Assembly (NCBI GenBank): GCA_039024335.1
Contig: JBCCQM010000015.1
Coordinates: forward strand, 3,781 to 67,780
Origin: Myxococcota bacterium
GTDB lineage: Bacteria > Myxococcota_A > Polyangia > Nannocystales > Nannocystaceae
DNA length: 64,000 nucleotides
Direction: 5' to 3'
Position numbers and translations under genes: made by a program
Notes under the pieces: model-generated
Told to the model about the DNA's origin: nothing
Seen by the model: only the letters and a program-made list of their open reading frames with translations
Database searches by the model: none
In this document: positions 36,808 through 48,514 of the stretch, piece after piece
Layout: each line of letters opens with the position of its first letter
How positions within the stretch are numbered: the first letter of the stretch is position 1

Positions 36808-39765
36808 TCAGCGTGCCGTGGAGCCGGTGTACGCGGCCCGAAGCTGCGCCAGCGTCCGGTGGACCCGGGCCGTGCCGCCGTAGGTGACGCGCAGCGACGC
36901 GTCCGCCGCACGCGACCCGACCACGCCCAGCCGCAGCAGGCCGTGGTCTCCGAGCGCCGACTCCACGGCGTCCGCGTCGGCTGCCGACGACGTGAACAAG
37001 ATCCTGCCCGTCGACTCGGCGTACAGCCACCCGTATGCACCCAGCTCCGAAAGCGTCGGCAGCGTCACGTCGATGCTGCGGGCGCTCGACAGCACCGCCC
37101 GCGCCAGACCCAGCGCCAAGCCCCCGCGACCGAGCGCGTCCGCCGAGCGCACCAGCGTGGCGTCACGCGCCTCGACGAAGGCACGGTACGCAGCGGCGAG
37201 CGCTGCGACGTCGGTCTGTGGGACCGCGCCGGAAAACGCCCCGCCAAGCCGCTCCGCCGAGCTCCCGCCCAGCTCTCGGTGCGTCATTCCGAGCAGCCAC
37301 ACCACGTCGCCATCGGTGCGCGGCTGCAGGGTCAGCGCAGCCGCAACGTCGGGCATCTGCCCCATCACGCTGACGAGCAGCGTCGGCGGGATCGAGATCT
37401 TGACCCCGTCGAGCATCGCGTCGTTCTTCATCGAGTCCTTGCCGCTGATCAGCGGCACGCCGTAGGCCTCGCACGCGTCGCGAAGGCCACGACAGCACAG
37501 CACCAGCTGTGCGAGCTTGTGCTCCCCGTCCGGGGTTTTCTCGGACTGGATCGGGTCGGGCCAGCAGAAGTTGTCGAGCGCCGCGACCCGGTCGAAGCGC
37601 GCGCCGGCACAAAGAACGCGCCGAACGCCCTCGTCCACACACGCCTTGGCCATTGCTTCGGCGTCGTCCGCCGCAAAGAACGGTGCGATGCCTTCGCCAA
37701 GCACGACGCCTTCGGACCGACCATGGCGCGTGCGCATGACCGTCGCCGTGGACCGGACGTCCCGCTGCACGCCGATCCAAGGCTTGACCACCGAGAGGCC
37801 CTTGACCTCGTGATCGTAGCTGCGGCACAGGTCCACCGCACAGGCTTCCTCCGGTGAGCCGAGCAGCGCATCGAGCCGCTCGGCCACGCCATCATCGCTG
37901 CGCCAGCCCTCGGGAACGCCATCGACCTGCACGGAAAGCTCGTCGAGCTTGGCCCGCAGCGGCGTCTTCACCCAGCCCTCGTGCAGGAACTCGAGCGTCA
38001 GATCGACCACAGGCGTCTCCCCGTGCGTGACGACGAAGCGCCCCGAGTCGGTGAACGTTCCCAGGTCCGTGGCATCGACCTCGCGCCGCGTGGCCAAGGC
38101 CATGAACGCGTCGAGATGCTCGGGCGGCACCGCGACGGACATTCGCTCCTGCGCCTCGGAGATCAGAATCTCCCAGGGCTCCAGGCCGGGGTACTTCAGG
38201 GGCGCCCGCGCCAGGTCGATCTGCGCGCCCCCGGTGAACTCTGCCATCTCTCCGATCGAGCTCGAAAGGCCACCCGCGCCGTTGTCGGTCATGCCGCTGA
38301 GCAAGCCCGCGTCGCGAGCCTCGGCGAGCATGTCGAACATCATCTTCTGCGTGATCGGGTCGCCGATCTGCACCGCCTGCACTGGGGCGTTCTCGTCGAG
38401 TTCGGCGGAGGAGAACGTCGCCCCATGAATGCCGTCTTTGCCGATTCGCCCGCCGAGCATCACGATGTGGTGCCCAACCTCGACCGGCTTCTCGTGCGTC
38501 GGCACGCCCGCGCGCTCGGCCGGCATCACGGCCGCCGTGCCGCAGTACACCAGCGGCTTGCCGAGGTAGCGGTCGTCGAAAAGCTCGAAGCCGCGGCTGT
38601 ACGGCACCCCTGACTGGTTTCCGCCGTCGACGACACCCCGGTGGACGCCGTCGCGAATCCGCCGCGGATGCATCAGGCCGGCAGGAATCGAACCGTCGAA
38701 GTCCGGTCGCGCAAAGCAGTAGCCCCACACGTTGGTCAGCAGGTCCGCGCCGCGTCCGGTGCCGAAGCTGTCTCGGTTCACCCCCACGATTCCCGTCATC
38801 GCGCCGCCGTACGGGTCGAGCGCCGACGGGGAGTTGTGCGTCTCCACTTTGTAGACGAGGTGGTCGTCCTCGGTGAACCGCACCACGCCGGCGTTGTCGT
38901 GAAATACGGACACCAAGAACGGTGCCTCCGCAGGGTCGACGCCGGCCGCGAGCCGGGCCTCGGCAATCGACTCCGTGGCGCCGCGAATGAACGTGCGGAA
39001 CAGCCCCTTTTCGATGCGCTGCACCGAACCGTCATCGTCCTCGAAGTCGATCGGAGCCGCGAAGATCTTGTGCTTGCAGTGCTCGCTCCACGTCTGCGCG
39101 AGACACTCGAGTTCAGCGTCGTTGGGATCGCGGCCGAGCTGCTCGAAGTGCACCGCGATTGCCTTCATCTCGGCGAGCGACAGCGCGAGCATGCCGTCGC
39201 GGGAGATTGCGGCCAGCGTCTCGTCGTCGGCGGTCCGCAGCGGCACGGTCTTCACCGACGGTGACGCGTCCGTTCCCGCCTTGGGAACGCTGCGGTCGAG
39301 CGTTCGCGATTGCGTGGACACCGTGACGGTCTCGATCACCGGGTTGCACAGCACGGCCGTTGCCGCCCGCGCGAGCGCGTCGGCGTCCACCCCCCAAAAG
39401 AGGTAGAGCGTCGACGCGTACGCGTTGCCCTGCAGACTCCGGCCCAAGCAGTCCTCGGCAGCCCGCTTCACGCTGGCCCCGACCGTGTCGGTCACACCCG
39501 GCTTGAAGCCCACCGCCGCCCACGCCTGCGCCCCGTCATCGTCGAGCATCGCGAGGCTACCCGTCTCTGCGACGGGGTCGGTCAGCGCGGCGAGGACCGT
39601 GGCGGCCTCGTCCTCCTGCAGGCCGAGATCGAGGTGATAGATCCGCCGCGTCTGAACGCGCTGCGCCTCGATGCCCGCCCACGACCGCAGCCGCGCCGCG
39701 GTCTCGGCCGCGAGCGCGTCGCCGGCGAGTGGAGTGGGCTGGATCTCGAGCCGATGGACCGTCAC
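36808..39765 (-). CDS. purL: Phosphoribosylformylglycinamidine synthase, PurS-PurL fusion-type large subunit
   Basis: AIR-synthase-related duplicated domains (e.g. VETHNSPSALDPYGGAMTG, DNGAGGLSSS). A ~200-aa N-terminal extension occupies the place of PurS. GTG 39765 is preceded by GAGGAA. 985 aa. Confidence 0.9.
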   Translation of the reverse strand: MTVHRLEIQPTPLAGDALAAETAARLRSWAGIEAQRVQTRRIYHLDLGLQEDEAATVLAALTDPVAETGSLAMLDDDGAQAWAAVGFKPGVTDTVGASVKRAAEDCLGRSLQGNAYASTLYLFWGVDADALARAATAVLCNPVIETVTVSTQSRTLDRSVPKAGTDASPSVKTVPLRTADDETLAAISRDGMLALSLAEMKAIAVHFEQLGRDPNDAELECLAQTWSEHCKHKIFAAPIDFEDDDGSVQRIEKGLFRTFIRGATESIAEARLAAGVDPAEAPFLVSVFHDNAGVVRFTEDDHLVYKVETHNSPSALDPYGGAMTGIVGVNRDSFGTGRGADLLTNVWGYCFARPDFDGSIPAGLMHPRRIRDGVHRGVVDGGNQSGVPYSRGFELFDDRYLGKPLVYCGTAAVMPAERAGVPTHEKPVEVGHHIVMLGGRIGKDGIHGATFSSAELDENAPVQAVQIGDPITQKMMFDMLAEARDAGLLSGMTDNGAGGLSSSIGEMAEFTGGAQIDLARAPLKYPGLEPWEILISEAQERMSVAVPPEHLDAFMALATRREVDATDLGTFTDSGRFVVTHGETPVVDLTLEFLHEGWVKTPLRAKLDELSVQVDGVPEGWRSDDGVAERLDALLGSPEEACAVDLCRSYDHEVKGLSVVKPWIGVQRDVRSTATVMRTRHGRSEGVVLGEGIAPFFAADDAEAMAKACVDEGVRRVLCAGARFDRVAALDNFCWPDPIQSEKTPDGEHKLAQLVLCCRGLRDACEAYGVPLISGKDSMKNDAMLDGVKISIPPTLLVSVMGQMPDVAAALTLQPRTDGDVVWLLGMTHRELGGSSAERLGGAFSGAVPQTDVAALAAAYRAFVEARDATLVRSADALGRGGLALGLARAVLSSARSIDVTLPTLSELGAYGWLYAESTGRILFTSSAADADAVESALGDHGLLRLGVVGSRAADASLRVTYGGTARVHRTLAQLRAAYTGSTAR

Positions 39766-39793
39766 GGCACGTTCCTCGCCCCCACCTTCGCAC

Positions 39794-39845
39794 CTGTCAA
39801 CCCCGCCCGCGCGAACGCCGAGGCGCGCGTTCGCGCTCTTGACAG
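39794..39845. promoter_or_regulatory. Nested palindrome between the divergent purL and wHTH genes
   Basis: Outer arms CTGTCAA (39794-39800) / TTGACAG (39839-39845). Inner perfect 10-bp arms GCGCGAACGC (39809-39818) / GCGTTCGCGC (39827-39836). Each outer arm reads TTGACA toward one of the two divergent genes. Confidence 0.6.
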
Positions 39846-40006
39846 TGGCGCACGCCCCGAGCACCATTCGGACGCGTCTTCCGACAGGCTGGCGCACCGT
39901 TGGAACGTTGTTGGGCCTTCGACCTCACATTGAGGCACGACCCGAGACGCTCGCAACGGGGGAGAACGCGCGACGCGACGTCGCGACGGGGGTTGGGACG
40001 AGCGAT

Positions 40007-40585
40007 ATGAGTCCAGCACGACGAGCCACTGCAGAGGTCGACGAAACGACCGACACGTCCGACGACACCGTCGACGCACAACACGACGCCGCTGAGCCGG
40101 CGGACGAAGCGTGGGCGGAGTCCTTGCGCGACGTCATGCGCAGCGTCATCGCGTCCCTACCTGACCGAGCCACGCTTGGCGAGCTGGTCGACGCAACCCG
40201 GACCAACCCAGCGATCGCGCCCGTCCTCGACATCTTCACGATCGCCGAGCTCATCGAGACGGCGAAGAAGAAGCCCAAGCCCAAGCCAACCCCTCAGGTC
40301 GACGCGGACGGAATGCCCCCGATGGAGCTCGATGCCGGGCCCAAGGTGATCCGACGCCGCGCCGACGTGCCCGACGGAGATCTGCGGGTGCTGCGGGCGC
40401 TCGCGAGTTCGGGCCCGCTCAAGGAGAGCGAGCTGGTGTCGAACACGCAGCTCACCAGCGAGCAGCTGCGCATCATCGTCCGTCACCTTCGGACCAAGGG
40501 CTACATCCACGTCGAAGGCAGCGGCGCCAAGCGTCGAGTAAAGATCACCCGCAACGGCAGCGGGTTCCTGCGCAAGCAGGGCTGA
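40007..40585 (+). CDS. Hypothetical acidic protein with C-terminal winged-helix (MarR-like) DNA-binding domain
   Basis: 192 aa. Acidic N-terminus, KKKPKPKP linker, and C-terminus LRVLRALASSGPLKESELVSNTQLTSEQLRIIVRHLRTKGYIHVEG. Confidence 0.65.
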   Translation: MSPARRATAEVDETTDTSDDTVDAQHDAAEPADEAWAESLRDVMRSVIASLPDRATLGELVDATRTNPAIAPVLDIFTIAELIETAKKKPKPKPTPQVDADGMPPMELDAGPKVIRRRADVPDGDLRVLRALASSGPLKESELVSNTQLTSEQLRIIVRHLRTKGYIHVEGSGAKRRVKITRNGSGFLRKQG

Positions 40586-40647
40586 GCCCTGCCGACGGGG
40601 GCCCGAGGTCAGCGGCGGTTGCCGCTCGGGTACGACCCGCCAAATGA

Positions 40648-40686
40648 AAACGCCGCCATCCTCGCGAGGATGACGGCGTTTTTGTG
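40648..40686. terminator. Bidirectional rho-independent terminator
   Basis: AAAACGCCGCCATCCT-cgcg-AGGATGACGGCGTTTTT: a 12-bp stem with one mismatch, with an A tract on one side and a T tract on the other. It lies between convergent genes ending at 40585 and 40704. Confidence 0.8.
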
Positions 40687-40703
40687 TTAAGACCGCGCGG
40701 CGA

Positions 40704-42248
40704 TCAGCCAGGCGTGACTGCGGTCTCCTGCAGAATGCCGGTGAGGCACTCGATCGCAGGCGAGAAGTCCGAGTCGCAGATCGACTCGATGCAGCAGCGA
40801 ATCTGCTCGACACCCTCTTCGTCGGTGAAGTTCAGGCTCTCACAGACCTCTTTGACGCGGACCGGCGGAATCGCCTGACCGGTGAACGAGCCATCGTCGT
40901 TTTGGCCGGTACAGCCGGGGCCGATGCTGCCGAACTGGAACCGCTTCACGTCAGCGGTGACGCCGTTCGCCCACTCGTCGGGCAGGATGTCGCCCTCGGG
41001 GTCGCCGCCGAACTCACCATCGACCCAGTCGCGGTACTCGAGGTCGAAGACCCCGCCTGCGATCGGCTGGAACGGAGGTTCTTCGTTGCGCTCGGTCACC
41101 GGCGGAACGCCGAGGATGCCGAGCATGATGACCTCTTTCTCCTGCTCCTCGCGGAGCCACTGGAGATACGTGGTGTAGCGCTCGACCGAGTGCAGCGCCC
41201 CGGCGTCGTCGCTGGAGCAGGTCTCGTACACCCCATCGCCATCGCTGTCTTCACACTGTACGCCGGCGTTCCAGCACACGGCCGAGCTGGCCTGCTTGCC
41301 GTCGGTCTCCGGGTTGGTCGCCCAGAACTGGTCGTCCTCGGTGAAGTAGCTGAAACCGCCCGGCGGCGTGACGGAGCAGTCGGACTCGTCGGTGATGATG
41401 ACGACGGCGAGCGTCGCGTCCTCGCGCAGGAACCCGCGCTTGAGCGAGCCAAACTCGCCTTCATCGCAGCGCTCCTGCTCGGGGTCGTTCCAGCACGACG
41501 TCGGGTTGATCGCCTGCAGCATCGACTCCAGCGGAGCTTCGTAGCCACAGCCGTCGATGCCCTGCGGACCCACGCACGAGAGCGCGGCCGCGACGTCGTC
41601 GTTGGGCACGTTGGTCTTGGCGACGTCGAAGTGAATGTAGGGCTGACCCGGCGCGATGTCGGTCGGGCAGTTTTGCGTGCACGCCTCGTTGACCACCGTC
41701 GGGTCCTCTTCCTCGAGGCCCGTGAAGCGCTGGATCCGGGTGTTGCAGCCGGTGTAGACCGGCGCGCCCTGGCGCGGGTCGTAGTCGGGCTTCTCGAACG
41801 GCGTACACAGCGGGTGACCCATGTCGGTGGTCGTCACCATGATGTTGACGCTCGGGTTCACCATCTTGCCCTCGGAGTCCTGGAGGCTCTCCAGCTTCTC
41901 GACGAGCAGCGGGAAGTTCGCAGCGAGGTTGAGCTGCTCCTCGCCCATGGTGCCGCTGTTGTCGATGACGAAGAGAAGATCGATCTCGTTGCAGCTTCCG
42001 TCGCCCGCACACCCCGGAAGCTGCCCGGTGGATGCGTTGCCGACGTCGAGCTTTTCCTCGTCGTCGCCCGTGGAGTCCGCGCCTTCCGAGTCGTCGGCGC
42101 CGGTCGGCGAGGTGACGGGACCTTCCGTCGCCGTGCCCACGCCATCCGTCGCCGTCTCTTCCTCTTCGCGAGGTGCTTCCGTGCAAGAGGCCGTAAGGAC
42201 CAAAGCCATGGCGGCCGCGAGACCGCTGATCGAGTTGTTTGCCATCAT
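40704..42248 (-). CDS. Cysteine-rich lipoprotein with vWA/MIDAS-like core (paralog 1)
   Basis: ATG-ATG at 42248 preceded by GGAG. Lipobox LVLTASC, acidic linker, IDLLFVIDNSGTMGEEQ (DxSxT MIDAS-like start), VVIITDESD. 20 Cys after the lipobox by my count. Confidence 0.8.
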   Translation of the reverse strand: MMANNSISGLAAAMALVLTASCTEAPREEEETATDGVGTATEGPVTSPTGADDSEGADSTGDDEEKLDVGNASTGQLPGCAGDGSCNEIDLLFVIDNSGTMGEEQLNLAANFPLLVEKLESLQDSEGKMVNPSVNIMVTTTDMGHPLCTPFEKPDYDPRQGAPVYTGCNTRIQRFTGLEEEDPTVVNEACTQNCPTDIAPGQPYIHFDVAKTNVPNDDVAAALSCVGPQGIDGCGYEAPLESMLQAINPTSCWNDPEQERCDEGEFGSLKRGFLREDATLAVVIITDESDCSVTPPGGFSYFTEDDQFWATNPETDGKQASSAVCWNAGVQCEDSDGDGVYETCSSDDAGALHSVERYTTYLQWLREEQEKEVIMLGILGVPPVTERNEEPPFQPIAGGVFDLEYRDWVDGEFGGDPEGDILPDEWANGVTADVKRFQFGSIGPGCTGQNDDGSFTGQAIPPVRVKEVCESLNFTDEEGVEQIRCCIESICDSDFSPAIECLTGILQETAVTPG

Positions 42249-42512
42249 GTTGCTCCGCAGTTGCTGGGCACTGAGGTCGACCCGAGCCCGCCCCCCAGCG
42301 GGTTTCGGTCTTCCGACGAGTCTTGCAAAGGGTCGACGGGACGGCAACCGCTACGGCGCCGTCGCAGCATCGACTCCGCGCACGGGACGTGAGTTCGGTC
42401 GCGGCTTCTGAGTTGGCGAGTCCATCTCCCTACACGCAGCGAAGGCCCCCGTGCTGGAGCACGAGAGCCTTCACGTTGGATCCAGCCCGGGTCGTATCCC
42501 GAGCGGAAACGG

Positions 42513-44063
42513 TCAGCCCGGGACCACGATCGCCTCGCCGATGATGCCAGCGAGACACTTGATGGCCGGCGAGAAGTCGTCGTCGCAGATCGACTCGATG
42601 CAGCACCGGATGTCCTCCGTGCCGTCGCCGTTGTCGATGTTGAGCGACTCGCAGACCTCTTTGACGCGGACCGGCGGAATCGCCTGCCCCGTGAAGCCGT
42701 TGACCGCGTCGCCACCGGTGCAGCCGGGGCCGACGCCGAAGTCGAACTGCTTGTCGGCCGCGGTCACGCCACCGGCAAACTCGTCGGGCAGGATGTCGCC
42801 GCCACCGGGGATGCCGGTGAACTCACCGTCGCGCCAGTTGCGGTACTCGAGGTCGAAGACCCCGCCCGCGAGCGGCTCGAAGGGCGCCACCTCGTTGCGC
42901 TGGGTAACCTCCGGAACGCCGAGGATGCCGAGCATCACGACCTCTTTCCCCTGGTCCTCACGCAGCGAGTTGATCAGGTAGTTAGTGTAGCGCGAGATCG
43001 GCTGCAGCGTCTCCGCGGTGCTCGACGAGGCGCAGTCGCTGTAGACGCCGTTGGCGTCGGGGCCCTGGCAGCTGACGCCCGCGTTCCAGCAGATCGCCGA
43101 CGACGACTCGGGCATGCCCGAACCGGGCTCCACCTCTTGGTAGGTGGCGTCGGTCATGATGTCGTAGTTCTGGACCGAGCAGTCCGCCTCGTCGGTGATG
43201 ACCGCGATCGCAAGCAGCGCGTCGGGTCGCAGGAACGGGCGCGCGCCCTGGTTCCACTCTGCGCTGGGGTTGAGCGCCTGCAGCATGTTCTCCAGCGGCG
43301 ACTCGTAGCCACAGCCGTTGATGCCCTGCGGGCCGATGCAGCCCAGCGCCTGCGCAACCGGGCTGTCGGGAATGCCGTCGTTGTTGATGTCGGCCTCGAC
43401 GATGTTGTCCGGGATGTTGTCCATCCCGTTGCTGAACGCCACGAACGGGTCGCCCTCGGGCGCAGCACCGGAGACGCACGACGCGGTGCAGGCCTCGGGC
43501 ACGACGTCGGGGTTGCTCCCCAGACCGGTGAAGTCGTTGATCCGCTGCGTACACGGCGTGGTGATGGGCGCACCACGGGAGGGCTCGTAGCCTTCGGGCT
43601 CGAACGCCGTGCACAGCGGGTTTCCGAAGTCGGTGTTGGTCACCATGATCTGGACATCCGGATTGACCTCGTTGCCCATCGAGTCGGTCAGCCCTTCGAG
43701 CTGCTGAACGAGCAGCGGGAAGTTCCGCGCCAGGTTCTCCTGCTCGACCGCCATGGTGCCGCTGTTGTCGATGACGAACAGCAGGTCGATCTTGTCGGTG
43801 CAGCCCAGGTCGCTGCCGCCGCAGCCGCCGCCGGGGCCCGAACCGCCGCCGCCGACGTCGAGCTTTTCGCCCGTCTCGTCGCCACCGTCGTCATCGACCA
43901 TGCCGGTGCCGCTGTCGGTGGCGGTGCCGCTGATCGTGGCCGACGCCGAAATCGTGCCCGGCGCGGTCGCCGAGCCATCGTCGCCACCGCCGCCGCCGTC
44001 GTCACACGACGCGATCGACATCACCATCACACCAGCAAGAGCCAGACTTTCAAGTCGTTTCAT
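42513..44063 (-). CDS. Cysteine-rich lipoprotein with vWA/MIDAS-like core (paralog 2)
   Basis: ATG 44063 preceded by GAGGAA. Lipobox MSIASC. IDLLFVIDNSGTMAVEQ, IAVITDEADC. 18 Cys after the lipobox. Collinear with paralog 1 along the whole length; the C-terminus FTGQAIPPVRVKEVCESLN...IRCCIESICD.DFSPAI.CL is nearly identical. Confidence 0.8.
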   Translation of the reverse strand: MKRLESLALAGVMVMSIASCDDGGGGGDDGSATAPGTISASATISGTATDSGTGMVDDDGGDETGEKLDVGGGGSGPGGGCGGSDLGCTDKIDLLFVIDNSGTMAVEQENLARNFPLLVQQLEGLTDSMGNEVNPDVQIMVTNTDFGNPLCTAFEPEGYEPSRGAPITTPCTQRINDFTGLGSNPDVVPEACTASCVSGAAPEGDPFVAFSNGMDNIPDNIVEADINNDGIPDSPVAQALGCIGPQGINGCGYESPLENMLQALNPSAEWNQGARPFLRPDALLAIAVITDEADCSVQNYDIMTDATYQEVEPGSGMPESSSAICWNAGVSCQGPDANGVYSDCASSSTAETLQPISRYTNYLINSLREDQGKEVVMLGILGVPEVTQRNEVAPFEPLAGGVFDLEYRNWRDGEFTGIPGGGDILPDEFAGGVTAADKQFDFGVGPGCTGGDAVNGFTGQAIPPVRVKEVCESLNIDNGDGTEDIRCCIESICDDDFSPAIKCLAGIIGEAIVVPG

Positions 44064-44311
44064 GACGTAGTTCGTTCCTCTTCATCCGTTTGCGGCCCGG
44101 CACGTGGCCGGAGGTCTCGGTCTCCCCCCGGAGTCCGAGCGATGGGGCACGGGGCCCTTCCGCAGCGCCTTCAGGCTACCACGAAGCATCCCCGACCACA
44201 GAGGCGGGGGCGACGGGGAATCGGCTCAAGTTTTTGCGCCGGGGGATGCGGCGCCGCCCGGACCGACCCGCTCGGGGACCCGCGGAGGACAGCCGCGCAG
44301 TCCCCGACGGC

Positions 44312-46984
<2,673 letters not shown>

Positions 46985-47044
46985 GGGCGCACGCTAGTCG
47001 GGTTTGCACCCGTTGCCAACGCCTGGGTGCGCCGCCTCGCCCCC

Positions 47045-47557
47045 TCAGGGGCAGGCGACGGCCGCGGCGTCGAGCATGACCGTCGCACCGGCCTCGACGG
47101 CCTCGGCCGCAACGACGACCTCCGCGTCGCCATCGAGCCCGTAGCAGGTCACGTCGGGGTCGGCCGCCGTGACCGTGGCCTGAGTCTGCACGACGTACCG
47201 CCCCCCTTGCGTCACCTCGACCCCGAGCAGTCGCGACGGATCCGTGTTTGGACACGTGAAGACGTCGCCCTCGATGGTGGGTGGATTGACCGGGACCGTG
47301 CACGGCGCGGGAGGAGGCGACTCACACCCAATGCGGCGAGCGACGATCTGCACCTGCGTCACGTCCGGGTCGCTGCAGGCGGGCTCGGGGTTGACGTCGA
47401 GCAGCAGCAGCACCGTGCCCGGGGACGCGGTCTGACCACCGGCGTCGGCTTCGGTATCGCCGTCGGTGTCCGCGGTCTCTGTGGTTGGCTCCACGCCGGG
47501 GTCACAGCCGATGCAAAGAAGGAACGCGAAAAGGGTCGAAGCCGAGGCGACGCGCAC
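47045..47557 (-). CDS. Hypothetical lipoprotein
   Basis: Lipobox FLLCIGC, acidic T/D linker, about 8 Cys in the mature part, good codon bias. Confidence 0.65.
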   Translation of the reverse strand: MRVASASTLFAFLLCIGCDPGVEPTTETADTDGDTEADAGGQTASPGTVLLLLDVNPEPACSDPDVTQVQIVARRIGCESPPPAPCTVPVNPPTIEGDVFTCPNTDPSRLLGVEVTQGGRYVVQTQATVTAADPDVTCYGLDGDAEVVVAAEAVEAGATVMLDAAAVACP

Positions 47558-47646
47558 GGGTGCAGGCTAGCAGCCCGTGGTGCAACCCATCACGGCGTCT
47601 CGCAACACTTGGCGGATGGTCGGGGGCTCCGCTACGCTCGGGGTCG

Positions 47647-48513
47647 ATGTTCGCTCGAACGCTGGCGCTGTGCTGTGCTGTCTCCGTGGGGCTTCCGGCG
47701 GCCGCCTACGCCCAGCCCGCCGACGGTGCGTCGTCTGCCGACGATCCGCTCGCCGCCGCGGAGACTCTGTACAACAAGGGGCGCGCGAGCTTCGAAACCG
47801 CCGACTACCTCAAGGCGATCGACCTGTGGACAGAGGCCTACGGGCTCGTGGACGACACCCCCGAGAACGCCGCGATCAAGGCGGCCCTCATCTACAACAT
47901 CGCCTCCGCCCAGGAGAAGGCGTACGACATCGACACCGACGTCGCACACCTCCGGCAGGCGGCCGTGCTGCTCGAGACCTACGCCCGCAGCGTCCCCGCG
48001 ATGTATGGCGAGGGGCCCGAGGCGGACGCCGAGATGGAGAAGGTGCAGACCCGGCTCGACGAGCTGCAGGCCCGCATCGAGGAGGCGGAAGCCAAGGCCG
48101 CCGAAGCCCAGCCCAAAGATGAGCCTGACGTCGTCCCGCCCCCGGTCGTCGAGCCCGAGCCCGCGCGTGAGACCGACCCCACCGCGCGCCCGCTCATCAT
48201 CAGCGGTGCCGTCGTCGCGGGCCTGGGCCTGGCCGGCCTGGGCGTCATGGCGGCGGGCCTCGCGATGGGCAACGCCGCAAACGACGTCTCGGATCTCGAC
48301 CCGAACGAACCGTCGGAACGACGCGACCAGTTCGCGCGCGGCCGCACCGGCAACACCCTCGCCCTCGCAGGCGGCGTTGCGGGTGGCGTCCTGATCGCCA
48401 GCGGCGCCGTGCTGATCGGCCTGGGCGTCAAGCGCAAGAACACCGGCTCGGTCGCGCTCGCGCCGTACGGCGGGCGCGGCCAGGCGGGGTTGAGCCTCTC
48501 GGGCCGGTTCTAA
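47647..48513 (+). CDS. Hypothetical secreted/membrane protein (TPR-like N-domain, coiled coil, two Gly-zipper hydrophobic segments)
   Basis: Signal peptide MFARTLALCCAVSVGLPAAAYA. Helical repeat region. EEAEAKAAEAQ coiled coil. Segments IISGAVVAGLGLAGLGVMAAGLAMG and LALAGGVAGGVLIASGAVLIGLGV. Confidence 0.65.
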   Translation: MFARTLALCCAVSVGLPAAAYAQPADGASSADDPLAAAETLYNKGRASFETADYLKAIDLWTEAYGLVDDTPENAAIKAALIYNIASAQEKAYDIDTDVAHLRQAAVLLETYARSVPAMYGEGPEADAEMEKVQTRLDELQARIEEAEAKAAEAQPKDEPDVVPPPVVEPEPARETDPTARPLIISGAVVAGLGLAGLGVMAAGLAMGNAANDVSDLDPNEPSERRDQFARGRTGNTLALAGGVAGGVLIASGAVLIGLGVKRKNTGSVALAPYGGRGQAGLSLSGRF

Positions 48514-48514
48514 G

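Noticed and set aside
39809-39836. A possible PurR box upstream of purL.
   Set aside because: The inverted repeat GCGCGAACGC/GCGTTCGCGC does not match the enterobacterial PurR operator (ACGCAAACGTTTGCGT type) beyond being a GC-rich palindrome. It is kept only as a generic palindrome finding.
44200-44262. A GC-rich hairpin GCGCCG-ggggatg-CGGCGC adjacent to a TTTTT run downstream of leuS, considered as a terminator.
   Set aside because: The T tract precedes the stem on the plus strand, and it follows the stem as an A tract on the minus (leuS) strand. Neither orientation gives a hairpin followed by a U tract.
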